Positions 1 through 12,931 are shown, counted from the stretch's first letter. The stretch is DNA of 64,000 nt from Azolla caroliniana (GCA_043228905.1 JBHGNT010000005.1:9734001-9798000), one strand, 5' to 3'. The notes: generated by a model from the letters alone, not told the origin. Made by a program: numbers and translations.

Positions 1-1732
1 CAATGCTCACGTTCTATGCCGGTCCCCATACATTTGAATGGATTAAGTCAAGATGATTCCGACGCCAATTTCGTTCATTGGGGAATGGAAGTCAGTGTTG
101 CTTCCCTATCTGGTAGGTTTCACAAATGTGGTCATTCCAGGCACTAAATTTTGGTAATCTGAAAACAATGTTCCTTGTTTTCATTTCCCAAACCCACAGG
201 AAGTTGACATGACCAAACCGTTTGTGCCATAGGTCAATATCCGACTCAACCTTTTTCCCTTTCGCGAACACTGCGGTGCAAACGTCGTTAGTGTCGATGA
301 TGAACATCCTCCCGTCCCGGCGCCCTTGAGCGATGATTTGGCCTTCTTCCTCGATGAAGCACCCAAGATGTGTGAATCGAACTTGCATTCCCTTGTTGAC
401 GATCTGGCCGACCGACACCAAGTTCTTTGTTATTGTCGGGATGTGTAGCACGTTCATAAGTTTCCCTTTCTGTCCGACATGGTTGACAAGAACTTCTGTG
501 ACATGTACGATCGGGTGCAGAGTGTCGTCTCTGGTTTTGACCACTCCTAGTTGGTCCAGTTTCTCTAGATATGAGAACCATTCTTCATGCCTCGTCATAT
601 GCTTTGACGCCCCGAAGTCAACGTACCACACCTCATCTGATTGTGTGGTGGACTTTTTCATCAAGTTTGCCTTGTGCTTCATCACAAAGGCTAGCCCTTT
701 TCTGATCTTTCCGGTTCCGGATCCTTCCGATCCTTCAACGTAGTGTGACCTTTGCCAGCTCCCTTGCTCGGCCTTACCGGATCCGGATTTTTCCGAATCA
801 ACACGCTTCTTCTAGCACTCACTCTCCTGGTGGCCTTTCTTGCCATAGTACCAACATTTTGAATCGGCCTTAGATTGCCAATTTTCAGCACCACCTTGAC
901 TCCCCCTGCTCCCGGAGGGTTCAGAACTATTGTCGACATTATGATTATGCCTTTGGTTTTGCACTTGTCGGCCACCTCCATTGCATATCGACCCGCCTCA
1001 TCCACCATGACCACGGGGTCTATCTTCCTCCGTGTACAACATTTTGTTGTTGATGTGCATGCTTTTCGACGTACCTCTGTGGTTCTCTTCAACGAGAAGC
1101 ATCAATTGCAACTCGAAGAATGATGGCATACTCTCTATCTCATGTAGATTGCCATCCAGAATGATCCGAACTTAGATGCCAACCCACCGAGACAGACCTA
1201 CACCATTTCTTCATCCTCGACGATTACGTTGATGGAGGCGAGAGAGTCATAGATGTCTTTGATCTAGGAGGTGTAATCAGCCACCTCCATGTCTCTTTGT
1301 CAGGCGTTGCTCAGCTCTTGTCTGAGTTGTAGCTTTCTAGCTATGGTGCTTGTGGCGAATATATTCTTTAGATTTCCCCAAGACTCCTTTGGCATTTTGG
1401 CATCCCGGATGTAGCTTAGTAGTTGATCACCGATACTAGATGTGAAGCAATAGAAAACTTTTCTTGTCGCTTGTTCCCAAGTCAGAAAATCCTCGTGCGT
1501 CGAATCTGATGTTGCATCAATCACTCCTTCGACATAACTCCAGTATCCATGTCCGAGCAGGTACTGGTGCATTTTGTACGACAAGGATGTGTAGTTGTTT
1601 CTATCAAGCTTCTTCATCGGAAGAGAGATTCCCATACCTCTGTCCATTTCTCTTCTTATATGTTCTTACTGGGTGTTAGGTCTTGGTTTGTGTTGAAATC
1701 TCTTGTTGAGTAAAGGATGTTCTAACCCTTGT

Positions 1733-1744
1733 GCTCTGATACCA
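1733..1744 (-). promoter_or_regulatory. Primer binding site, tRNA-iMet
   Basis: gctctgatacca on + = TGGTATCAGAGC on -, abutting the LTR. Confidence 0.92.
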
Positions 1745-2007
1745 TGTAAAGATAAATATGCAGAAACTAAGCATATCACAGTCCGCTCAGTCGAATAGCA
1801 ACAGAAACCACAGAGAATGGAATACACAAAGTAGGTGAGACAGACAGAGAGAGCAAGACAATGAACCTCTATTTCCAAAACGCTCTATAAAACTCTATGT
1901 ACATACAAATGTGCATCATAACACGTTTTATACAAGTCCTTAAAGGAGTGATAGAAGTACTGACAAGTACTTCAATGCTCATACTGAGCAATAGACACTA
2001 ACCCCCA

Positions 2008-3158
2008 TGAAGCCTTTAAGGCCTCTCAATCACTGTATGAGTCCGGCTATACTAGCTCATGGTATGGCATGATGGTGAGTTGGCTTCTTGCGAACGGTCT
2101 AGACATTAATAACCTCCCCCCCCCTTAAGTATGACCACGCGATTAATAACACTTCAATCTCTCATGAGGACCGAAATAAAGTAATACGCCAAGAAATATG
2201 GCAAATTTACACTCGGTATAAATGGATCACCCCACTAGAGCCACTCCCATCTAAAATGTTGTACTATAAGGAACACTTCATGCACTTCTCTAAGTTAGGT
2301 TTTATTACATGGCCAAAATACCTACATGTATTCTTACCACATGCACTAAGGGTTGTCATTGGTCAACTTAGAATATCATCTCACCAACTTGAGATTGAGC
2401 ATGGACGTATTAATGGAGTCCCTAGGGAGGAAAGGATATGTAGGTTATGCCATGTAGAGATAGAGGATGAGTACCACTTTACATGCAAATGTCCCACCTA
2501 TGCCGAGATAAGGGCCAAATACCAAGACATACTTGGTTCCTCTCCCACCCTCCCTAAACTTTTAGATACACTAGATATAAAGAAATTAGGTAGATACATC
2601 CTAGAATTAAAACAACACAGAGAGAATAAGTTACAAAATGTTGACAATAAGGTTGCTGATGTTCACCAACATGTAACAAATGAAGTCTTTTAGGAACAGG
2701 GGGAGACAACAAATGTTGACACACCTGCACCACTCAGGCTTTTCCTTGATGAAGCAGAAAATCAAAGAAGAACCAAACGCCCTCGGATGCCGGGTTTTAA
2801 AGCAACTCGACTTGATGTAGAAGCAATAAAGACAATAAGGGAACATGAGCTACACTGCCTAGAAGTCTTGGTTGGGGCACTCTATACACCGGGACAATGG
2901 GTCACACCCACACCAAAACCCTTTGACCTCCCACTTCTTTTCGAGAGGCTTGGATGGAAATGAAATTAGGCTTAGTGCAAAGTCACTTCTTTTTTACCTA
3001 GTATACTATGTTTTGTACACGACTAGAACTCGTTTAGCTTAAGCTATTTTTACTTTACTTTTATTTTAGTTTTGATGATTGGATAAATACCCATTCTTGT
3101 TGTAAACCAACTATCTCATGGACCAATTTTGGCCTTACTTTCTTTCTTTCTTTCTTTT
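2008..3158 (+). mobile_element. 5'-truncated non-LTR retrotransposon (RTE/RTEX-like ORF2 C-terminus) inserted in the copia LTR
   Basis: LRISSHQLEIEHGR...PREERICRLC...EDEYHFTCKCP zinc-finger region (2256-2693); (CTTT)n tail at 3138-3158; CCCA duplicated at 2004-2007 and 3159-3162; removing it restores the LTR. Confidence 0.85.
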
Positions 3159-4058
3159 CCCAAAAATATGCCTATGTACTAGGCTAGGATCATAGGCCTC
3201 TAATGGCCTACTGGTATCACACCGATCCGGCTCTTGGCTTATTCAGCGGATCTAGATCATGTGAGCTTGTTCGCTCAACACAGTCGAATTGATCAATCGA
3301 CTGATTAACGACTATTATAATAATAATAATAACAACAACAATAGCTTACTCCCTCTTATAAATATGAATAGTTAGGGAAAACTTAATGAGAGATATGAGT
3401 TAGAGTTTCTGTAGTTGAGTGCAGAATGTTATCGTACGAGACGTATGTGTGATTGATAAGTGAGGGTGAATGATGTAATGTATGTGTAATCTTATACGAT
3501 TATGAGTGTGAATGTAAGTGTGAGTGTGGTGGATACAAAGAGGTGTGAGTGAGTGACTAGGTGTGAATGCCCAAGGGGCTTGCACCCTTGTGGATCCACC
3601 CCTTTGTACCTATTTAACCCCTTATGGGGAATGAATGAAGACAATAACCATTTCTCTCTCTTTCTCTCTCTCCCCTAACGTTGAACCCCCTTGGGAGGGG
3701 GGTGGAGCCATTCTAGGCACCACCCCCCACACCGCAATGCTTCTCAATGCTTGTCTTGCATCTTCATGATCTCTCACCATCATACCATTCATCATCTCCA
3801 CCATTACACCATGTTTATCTTCATCATCAATCATCATCATTATCATTATCATTAATCCTAACTCTAAAAACCTACAACACCTTTTGGTGACCACTAAGGC
3901 GACCCCCCTTTGGAGACGGAGTCGAAGAATGATACGTGGAGAAGAATGATGCAACCCTCATCAACGTGAAATCGAATCGACAATGTGCGAGAACTGGTGG
4001 AAATGTAAGAAAGAACAATGGCATGATGACTATTCGCTGTAGAAGTATGCAAGAAAAG

Positions 4059-4515
4059 TGTTACCCGGACCCGGACAGTCAGTTTTACCGAACAAGTGGG
4101 AAAGCGTCGAAAACGGAGTCGGTTCGGATCGACTGTTTGGATCAATGACTCAGCAGTAAACGAAGAGAACTAAGTTAGTTAGATAATTTTGTAATTCTTG
4201 ATAGTAAGTAGGAATAGTTCTTGATGAGAAAAGACCTTCGGTATACCTATAAAAGGGAACCGAAGGCATTGTAAGAAAGGTCGTTTTATTTAGTAATATA
4301 AGTTTAAGTTAGGAATATCCTGTACGGATTCGGTGTTCTTTCTATTGTCTATGTTGTTAAGTGCAAGCTTCCTAATTTATAACTAAGTAACGATCACGGT
4401 AATTACCAATTAATATAGTATAATTCCGTTCGTAAAACACAATTCCTTGTTAGAACGTTGAGTAGCGACGTTCACTCTTCTGTATCGGTAGTAGTTAGTA
4501 ATTAACCGATTAACA
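4059..4515 (+). repeat. 5' LTR of Athila-like element (TATA cctataaaa ~4247-4255)
   Basis: Direct repeat of 12976-13432. Confidence 0.96.
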
Positions 4516-4526
4516 CAGAAGAATTT

Positions 4527-4539
4527 TGGCACGCCCGGT
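4527..4539 (+). promoter_or_regulatory. Primer binding site, tRNA-Arg-like (TGGCACGCCCGGT)
   Basis: TGG-starting motif 11 nt after the LTR; resembles the complement of the plant tRNA-Arg(UCU) 3' end (recalled, not searched). Confidence 0.75.
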
Positions 4540-4574
4540 TACATCTGCAATTAAGCAGAGAACAAATCGAATGG

Positions 4575-7095
4575 ATGTCGTATAAAGAGGAGACACCGGT
4601 CAGTTGTAAGCGCCCTCGTACAAGGTCAGTTACGAAGGCAGTGCAGGAAGCGTTCATTGCGCAAGAACAGCCGGAATCAAGCACAAAGTGGTCGAAACTT
4701 CCTGACTTATCCGATCAATTACCTTCAGACGAAAAACAGACGGAAGAGGTATCGTTTTACGACATTTGGGACGATATGCCTTAATACTTATTCTAAGTTC
4801 CGGGAAGGAACAGATGCGGAAGCACATGTTAGGGATTTCTTAACGACATGGGAGATTAACCATGGAGCTCAGCGATTGTCGGCAGATGCCGAAGATAAGT
4901 CAAAAATCGCTGAGTTCGTCTTATCATTAGACGGATATTTTGCCAATTGGTTTGCGCAGAACGGTCTTCAAGGATTTCCATCCTTTGAAGTGTTAACTAG
5001 TAAATTTTTACAATTATTTCATCAACAAATTCCGCAGAAGGATTTGATTGCGCAATTTTATGCGTTATATCAAGAAAAAAATGAAACAGTATCTCAGTTT
5101 GTGATACGATTTCAGAACTTACAGCTTCAGATTTCAAGGCCGATTCCGGATAATGAATTAAAAGAAGTCTTTCTGGAAGCTGTAAAAGAACCATTAAGGA
5201 CGACATTGAAAGTGTTCGATTTTCGAAATCAGACTATCGAACAAGTAATTGATAAAGCAATAGAAATGGGTCGACCATCGGTCAATGTTCAGAGTATGGA
5301 CATGTCGGCATTACACCGTACATTACCGACAATAGAGGAGTTACAATTTCGACAAGCAGTTCAATGCACCACTTGTTTAAATACGGGGCATTCGGCAATT
5401 GAATGTACGTTAAGAACACATTGTACAATATGTCATTCAAAATTACATTCAGTAGAACAATGTGAATATAATCTGCTTAATAAGACTACGACGTCAGTAT
5501 GACAAATTTTTACTGACAATGGTTACCAAAATAACACTAATTTGTTCAATGGTTATCAAAATAATAATTTTTCACAAAATCAGCAAAATGTACAACAAAA
5601 TCCGGTTCTACAGCCGAATCAGATCTTTTCACAACAAAATATGCAACCCACTCAAGTGACTCAAGCATTTCAACCAGGTTTTGCTCAATCCAACCCACCA
5701 TTCGTACAGAATCCGAATCAATATTTTCAACAAAATAATCAAAGTTTCCAACAAGGTAACCCACCATTTCAAGGGTTTCAACAGAACTGTCCGAATGTGC
5801 AACCGAATTCTACATTTCAACCAAATCCGGCCTTTCAACCGGGTAATATGACCTTTCAACATAATACTCAAACCGTTCCACAAAATAATCAAATGTTTCA
5901 ACAGAATAATTTTCCGCCAAATCAGGAGTTCGGGATAACACAAAATGTAGCACAACCAAATGATAATACGGAACAATTTAGGCAGAATCGGTATAAAAAC
6001 AAGAGATTTTACAAACCAAAAGCTACACGTCAATACCAACAAAACCCGAGTGGTAATGAAGAGCAACAATTTAATAACGGCCACTTTGCACATGGAGAGA
6101 CCAGTGCAACATTTGTACCCACTTGTTATATTTGTCGACAACTAGGCCATTATGCTAATCAATGTCCGGTTAAAGGAAAGGGTCCAGCAGTTAATATGGT
6201 AATACCGGAAGTTCAGCAAGTAACGACACGCAGCAAAAGCAAACAATCAGAGTGGGAAATTCAGGAAGAAGTTCGGAAGGCGGCAAAAGAATGGGTTGAC
6301 GAAGCAAATCAAAGTAATGTGAATCGAATGTTACAAGACAATAACATTGACCAGAACATCGCTGTACAACAGTCATTGGGGAATAAGGAACAGGAAGAAA
6401 CTTGGAAACTGTTGGCTGATTGCCAAGTGTCATTGCCACTTACGGGCTTACTTAAGTTAGTACCAAGGTTTACAGAAAAAGTGGCAGCATTAATTGCATA
6501 TAAAGGTTCCGAACAAATAGCAGTACACTACAATCAGCCAAGTAATAACCCTTCGATCATGGATGAACAGAATCCGTCGATTAAGGTAATACTTTACGGG
6601 CAAGAAATCGGAAATGTGATTATAGATGGAGGCTCGGGAGTTAATGTGATTAACAAAGCTACATGTGAAAAATTGGGAATCACGGAATGGGAAGCATGTC
6701 CGTTTTGGTTACGAATGGCAGATACAAGTACGGTACGCCCGATTGGTTTGCTTCGACAACTGGATGTAATAATCGGGGGACACAGTTTTCAGATTTCGGC
6801 AGTAATTTTGCAGTTAGAAACACAGGGAGCATACCCCTTGTTATTGGGGAGACCATGGTTAAAGACAACTAATATTAAACAAAATTGGAAACAAAATGTG
6901 CTAACATTTAGGAAAGGAAAAACTAAGGTCAGGATTCCGACGCACAACAAAGTGACAACAAGCAAACAGAGTTTACCTGTACATGTAGAAGCAGTTAATA
7001 TGATGGAAGGATTGGACGAGGAAGAAGAAAGTCAGTATTTCAATGATAATCAGAAAATCATCCCTCTATTTGAGGTTGATATTTGCAAGCATTAA
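4575..7095 (+). pseudogene. gag: gag-protease (frameshift ~4781, in-frame TGA 5500-5502)
   Basis: Gag core; two zinc knuckles (CTTCLNTGHSAIEC, CTICHSKLHSVEQC); Q/N-rich tract; third knuckle CYICRQLGHYANQC; protease IIDGGSGVNVI. Confidence 0.9.
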
Positions 7096-10067
7096 CACCA
7101 TATGTAGACTCACACGAAGAAGTGCCAATAGATGAGCAAACAATGAAAGAAATACGAATGCAACAAGAAGCTACAGATAAGGAAATGAAGGTATCTCAGA
7201 GAGTGCAAGCCTCAGCATTGGAGGAGATCGATTTGGCAGGAGTAGAGGATGCTGAAAGAAAAACAGTCTTGATTGCTAGAGATTTGGCGGAAAATGACAA
7301 ACGGACATTAACAACATTACTATTACAATATAAAGATGTTTTTGCATGGTCGTTTGACGATATGAAAGGTCTGGATCCCGCTTTTTGTCAACATCAAATC
7401 AATTTGCATAAAGATGCAAAGCCAGTACAACAACGCAGGTACAGGTTGAATCCGAATTATGCTATCAAAGTAAAAGAAGATATCGATAAACTCTTAAAAG
7501 TAGGATTTATTCAACCCGTCAAAAAATCAACATGGCCGAGTCCGATAGTAGTAGTCCCGAAAAAGAATGGGAAAATTCGCGTATGTGTGGATTACAGAAA
7601 ATTGAATGCAACGACAATTACGGATGCGTTTCCGTTGCCATTCACAGATGGGATATTAGATGCAGTAGCGGGACATGAAATTTATAGTTTCTTGGATGGG
7701 TTCAGTGGGTACAACCAAGTACGGATGAATCCGGAAGATCAGGAAAAGACAGCTTTCGTCACAGAATGGGGTGTCTTTGTGGCAGTAGTAATGATGTTCG
7801 GTTTAAAAACAGCTCCAGCTACATTTCAGCGGGTAATACAGGAAATATTCGGGGAATATATTCCAACTTTCATGCAGGTGTTTTTAGATGATTTTGCGGT
7901 ATATAGTCGGAAAGCTGATCATTTTGAGCATTTACGGCTATGTTTAGAAAAATGTCGAAAAGGGCGTCTTAGCTTAAATCCAGCCAAATGCGCATTCGGA
8001 GTAATGAGTGGTACGTTACTTGGGCATATTGTCAGTCAAGAAGGGATTGCAGTGGACCCAGACAAAGTTAAAGCAATTATTGAGGCAACACCACCAACAA
8101 ATGCTAAAGCTCTAAGTAGATTTTTGGGTCAAATTCGGTGGCACAGTAGAATGATGAGATATCTAGCAGACATTGCTATTCTGTTACACACAGCAGTACA
8201 CAAAGTTCCTTTTATATGGACAAGTATAGAACAAGATGCATACGAATGTCTCAAGAAGATGCTGACAAAGGTTCCGGTAGTTCAACCACCAGACTGGAAC
8301 AAACCATTTCATGTTTTCGTCGATGCGTCGGACATTGCCATAGGCAGTGCTTTAATGCAATTATCCGAACCAAACTGGTATAGGCCGGTATACTATGCCA
8401 GTAGGAAACTTTCGTCGGCCGAAAGAAACTATTCAACAACCGAAAGAGAAGCTTTGGGAATGATATATAGTGTGAACAAATTTCGACATTACCTTTTGGG
8501 TAAGAAATTTACATTTCATGTGGATCATTCGGCTCTACTGTATCTAGTTTCCAAACAAGAATTGACAGGCAAGTTAGCCAGATGGACGTTATTGCTTCAA
8601 GAGTTTGAATTCGACATTATACATCGACCAGGAGCACAACACGCGATTGCTGACTATCTCAGTCGGCTTGAGTTTGGAGAAGAAGCGGTTGGGGTTAAAG
8701 ATGATTTTCCAGATACTCAATTATTTCGGGTTGAGGCAGTAAAAGCACAAGAAGTGAATGAGGAAAAAGAGGATGAATGGATTTCCGAAATGACGATATT
8801 TCTATCAACAGGAATTCCGGCCGAACACATGTCGACAGATGAAAGAAAAAGAATTGCAGTACGAAGTCGAAATTTTTGTTTATTTAATGACATGTTGTAT
8901 CATAAAGGAGCGGATGGAATATGGCGAAGGGCAGTACGGAAATTTGAAAAATCAGCCATATTAACAGAGTCACATTGTGGAATTGCTGGCGGTCATTACG
9001 CAGGAGAAGCAACAGCCAGAAAAATATGGAATAGCGGGTTATGGTGGCCAACGGTGATGAAAGATGCTAACGAATACTGTAAGAAATGCGATTTGTGTCA
9101 AAGAATGGGGCAACCGACCGAAAAGGATCGAATGCCTTTTCAACCGGTTTTACCTCTTGAGCCATTTCAGAAATGGGGCTTAGATTTTGTTGGCCCATTC
9201 AAACTAGCAGCTGCAAGAACCGGTAATCGATATATCATAATTGCGACTGACTATTGCACAAAATGGGTTGAAGCAAAAGCTCTCAGGGACAATACAGCAG
9301 CATCCACAGCAAAATTCCTGTATGAAAATATATGGTGTCGATTCGGTTGCCCAATAGAATTGGTAAGCGATCAAGGCACTCATTTTATTAACAAGTTAAT
9401 TAACCAATTAACCAATTACTATGCCGTAGTTCATAAGAAAAGTACGCCTTACTATCCCCAAGCTAATGGATTGGCAGAATCGACAAATAAAACAATTCAA
9501 ACAATTTTAAAGAAGATAGTGAATGAAAATCGTACTGATTGGGATCAAAAGTTAAATAGTGCATTATGGGCATATCGTACTTCGTACAAAACATCCATTA
9601 AATCAACACCTTTCCGAATGGCATTCGGACTTGAAGCCGTTATGCCGATTGAATTTCAAATTCCGACACTTCGTATCCAAGCGACGAATAAGTTAAATGA
9701 AATAGAATCGGAGCAGATACGCAAAGAGGCTTTATTAGTATTAGAAGAAGAACGGATTCAATCAATGTCAGCACTAGAACACAAGCAGAGACAAATCAAG
9801 GCATTCGTAAATCGACATCGAAGGAAATCGGAAGAGCAATTCGAAATTGGGAAACCGGTATTGGTATTCCAGACGAGAATGGGACTTATGCCTCGGAAAC
9901 TCCGGTATAGATGGACAGGTCCAGTATGGATAATTAATAGTAAAAATGGTACGTATCAGCTGGGATCATTAACCGGAGAGGTTTTACCGAAATGGGTAAA
10001 TGGATTCCGGCTTAAACCGTATTTGGGAGATATGCCGGTAAATCCGTTTATTCAAACGGAAGAGTAA
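7083..10067 (+). CDS. pol: pol (RT, RNase H, integrase), open for 994 codons, offset from the gag-PR frame
   Basis: RVCVDYRKLN, FLDGFSGYNQ, FLDDF, VFVDASD, HHCC zinc finger, DFVGP, SDQGTHF, QANGLAE. Confidence 0.95.
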   Translation: MQALTPYVDSHEEVPIDEQTMKEIRMQQEATDKEMKVSQRVQASALEEIDLAGVEDAERKTVLIARDLAENDKRTLTTLLLQYKDVFAWSFDDMKGLDPAFCQHQINLHKDAKPVQQRRYRLNPNYAIKVKEDIDKLLKVGFIQPVKKSTWPSPIVVVPKKNGKIRVCVDYRKLNATTITDAFPLPFTDGILDAVAGHEIYSFLDGFSGYNQVRMNPEDQEKTAFVTEWGVFVAVVMMFGLKTAPATFQRVIQEIFGEYIPTFMQVFLDDFAVYSRKADHFEHLRLCLEKCRKGRLSLNPAKCAFGVMSGTLLGHIVSQEGIAVDPDKVKAIIEATPPTNAKALSRFLGQIRWHSRMMRYLADIAILLHTAVHKVPFIWTSIEQDAYECLKKMLTKVPVVQPPDWNKPFHVFVDASDIAIGSALMQLSEPNWYRPVYYASRKLSSAERNYSTTEREALGMIYSVNKFRHYLLGKKFTFHVDHSALLYLVSKQELTGKLARWTLLLQEFEFDIIHRPGAQHAIADYLSRLEFGEEAVGVKDDFPDTQLFRVEAVKAQEVNEEKEDEWISEMTIFLSTGIPAEHMSTDERKRIAVRSRNFCLFNDMLYHKGADGIWRRAVRKFEKSAILTESHCGIAGGHYAGEATARKIWNSGLWWPTVMKDANEYCKKCDLCQRMGQPTEKDRMPFQPVLPLEPFQKWGLDFVGPFKLAAARTGNRYIIIATDYCTKWVEAKALRDNTAASTAKFLYENIWCRFGCPIELVSDQGTHFINKLINQLTNYYAVVHKKSTPYYPQANGLAESTNKTIQTILKKIVNENRTDWDQKLNSALWAYRTSYKTSIKSTPFRMAFGLEAVMPIEFQIPTLRIQATNKLNEIESEQIRKEALLVLEEERIQSMSALEHKQRQIKAFVNRHRRKSEEQFEIGKPVLVFQTRMGLMPRKLRYRWTGPVWIINSKNGTYQLGSLTGEVLPKWVNGFRLKPYLGDMPVNPFIQTEE

Positions 10068-10479
10068 AAAAAAAAATTTTAAAAAAAAAAAATAACTAAC
10101 TAACTCACTCAATAGTTCTTGTCAAATGCAAAAATACAATCTTGCCATAACAGTTTGAATCGACTATAAATAGAAAGAGGAATTGCATGATTATTAGTAA
10201 GTAGTACAACCACTACACGTAGAGTTAATACTAATTAATTCCTACATTAATAGCAATTACTATTCTTTAGTCATAATGCATAAGTTAATATCTTTAAAGC
10301 ATATTTCTGTATCGTCTGTGTCGCCAAAACAACAGAAACGAGTGCAGATATCGAAACAGTCTGAGCCTTCGTGCCCTAGTTCGCCCAAACTCTGTTTTTC
10401 TGATTTTCATCGCTACAGAAGCTGTGCAGATCTCCAACCGTCATCGACAAGTGATTCAGAACAAGCAAACACAGAAGTC

Positions 10480-12931
10480 ATGCCGATTCTTGTGTCTGAA
10501 GAACTGCGACTATGGCTTCATGAGAGAAACTTACAAGGTTTCATCAAAGTAGCAGAAGCGGAACCTCATCCGCAGGCGGAAGAATTGGTACAACAGTTAG
10601 ACATCACCAAGGTCACCACAAAGAAAATACGAAATGCATTACAGATGCCAAGAGGAGGCTTTGAGGCAGTTAAAAAACCTTCATCAGAAGCACTCCAATC
10701 GTATTTCGGGGAATACTCACCCTCGGCAAAAGCATATCAGACTTATGGAGGTCGGGATGAGTTTTTCCATGAAGTGGCTAGATTTTTACTAGAGGTGGGA
10801 TTTGTCAGTCCCCGTTTTTATTGTATGCCGAAAAAAAGGGCTGGGTTTATCATAGCCGCATACGAAAAGGAGGATTTCAACTGGCCACTATTGTCGGGGG
10901 AAGCTCTGAGAGAGCAGCTACAAGGGGTGAAAATAGGAAAACCAATGAAGCAAATTTTTGGTCGTTGGCTATCGGTATTGTTTCCGATTCAAGAATCGGA
11001 AATTCCTGTTCAGTCAAGAAGACCACCGATAGTACAAGCACCGCGAAGACACCGACCGGTAGTACATGAAGAATGGATAGATGAAGAATCGGCACATGCC
11101 GATAATATACAAACGGATACGCCTCAGTCGGAACCACCAAGACCAGAGAATTCCGAAAACAGGCAACCAACAGCCGAACAAGAAACAGTTGACCATTTGA
11201 TAAACAAGCAGCAGCCGACAGAAAATCGACAACAACCAGAGAAGATGCGACAAAGGACAAGGGTTAAACAAAAGGCTAATAGGCAATTCCAACCAGAAAA
11301 CAGTGATGGGTCAGCACCGAAAAGGCAACGCACAAAGGAAAATTCGAATACGCCTGTAGTAGCAGAAGTAATAAAACCAGGGAATGAGAGCGTTTCGACA
11401 CAACCTCAACAAGGCCAATCTTCAAAAGTAGCAATTCGGGAAGCACATGGGTACTTGGATATTCCACCAGCAGCACATGAATTAGCTGCCATTTTACAGT
11501 TCGGAACTTCATACGAACTGGTTGAATGGTTGGCTAAAAGATTGACAGAAGTATCAAAACGGCTGGCTCAAGAACATAATGACCGAATAATGATACAGAA
11601 AGCCTTACGAGGAGTGTTGGAACCTCAAGAAAAAGCAGAGATAGAGAAAATCGGCCGGAAAAGAAGTGCACAGAATAGAGGGGAGGCTATTGAAATGCCA
11701 CCATTACATGAAGCACTGGTCGAAATTCATAAAGAATATGAAACGGCACGCAAAGCAGCCAGTGATATGGCTGAAAGATACAAAAGTGTATCAGCATCGG
11801 CGGAGGTGCTGAAACATCAGTTTTGTAACATACAGGCAGAAAATAAAGAACTAAAAGAAAGTCTAAACAAATGGGAAACGCAGGCACGACTTATGGCGTC
11901 GGAGTCAGAATGGCAGCAGAAATTGGAGGATGTTGAGAAAGCAAGCAGAAACAACAAGGGCCAACAATGTTGTATTTCGAACTACAGAATTAGAAAAACA
12001 AATAGAAACCATTTAGAATGGCCAATACAAAGTTCTCGAAGAAAAAAATCAATTAATAAATGAATTACAGAAAAATCTGGAAGAAGCTAAGACGGCCAAT
12101 CATACATATACTGAACAAATTGAAGAATTCGAAAGGTATATAGTGTCACAGGAAAGTCAATTGACAGAAAAAGAGCGGAGTCTTGAAGAAGTCAATAGAA
12201 GAATTACGGAACACCAGGAGGAATGGAGCAAAGAGAAATCGACATTCGAACAACAACTAAACGAAATTCGGAAGATATCGGAACAAAGGCGGCTGGACAT
12301 ATATGTAGTCGAATCCAAATTAATGCGGGCTGAAAGTGAAAACCGAGCCACTATTACGGATTTACGGAAAGAGTTGCAAGCCGCTCAATTCGTCGCAAGC
12401 ATCACTAGGGACAAAGTGCAGCGCATCATAGGGAAACATCGAAACCTAGCAAAGGAAATGATCAATGAATCCCTTGCGCAAGGATGGAAGTTATGGACGG
12501 CACAAGAGGCGGAATTACAGTTATTGCGTGCCGACAAAAATAACCGTCAGGTCCAAGGTGCAGGTTTTTTTAAAATAGCACAAAAGGATATTGACAATAT
12601 CCAAGAGGATATCATGAAAGATATGGACGAAATTGCGGCATTTTACAGAGAAGAAATTCAACGTATTATGCAAGAATTCGACAAACATGATATAGGCACT
12701 TCCGTTCAGTTGGATAAAATTGAAGCTGAAAGAACCAGCAAGACTCCTGGTCTTCAAACTCCTGGAAGAAGTGAACCAGAGCAGCCAACCGAATCACAAC
12801 ATTCAAAACCTGCTCCGAATGATGACTGTGACACAGAAGAAGAGGAAGATATAGAGGGAATACATCCAAGGCCAGAAGAGCCTTCGATTTTTGATATTTT
12901 GAACGATTCGGATGAAGAGCTACAGGAATAG
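10480..12931 (+). pseudogene. Extra 3' ORF (env-position; globular N-terminus, disordered linker, long coiled coil, acidic tail), broken by a frameshift ~11938 and TAG ~12014
   Basis: ORFs 10276-12063 and 12143-12931 join through the alternative frame KQAETTRANNVVF...; E/K/Q heptad-like composition; upstream TATAAATA at 10165. Confidence 0.75.

Larger units (their letters stand above)
1..3280 (-). mobile_element. Ty1/copia LTR retrotransposon, 5' part (5' LTR, PBS, degenerate gag-protease-GAG-pre-integrase); continues off the left edge
   Basis: Minus-strand LTR starts TGTTGAGCG at 3280 and ends TTTACA at 1745. PBS TGGTATCAGAGC at 1744-1733. ORF pieces read KLDRNNY..YKMHQYL (gag), VWYVDFGASKHMT (protease) and LWHKRFGH. 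The LTR is homologous to 23431-23780. Confidence 0.93.

Noticed and set aside
5500-5508. TGA-CAA as a programmed readthrough site in gag
   Set aside because: The homologous position in the second element reads VRQI (20130 region, minus), so this is most likely CGA>TGA decay, and the context is not the CARYYA motif.
12835-12849. AGAAGAAGAGGAAGA as the missing PPT of the Athila-like element
   Set aside because: It lies about 125 nt from the LTR and encodes the acidic EEEED run; priming there would not define the observed LTR 5' end.
10276-12931. Calling the extra ORF an envelope gene
   Set aside because: No signal peptide or hydrophobic transmembrane stretch is visible.
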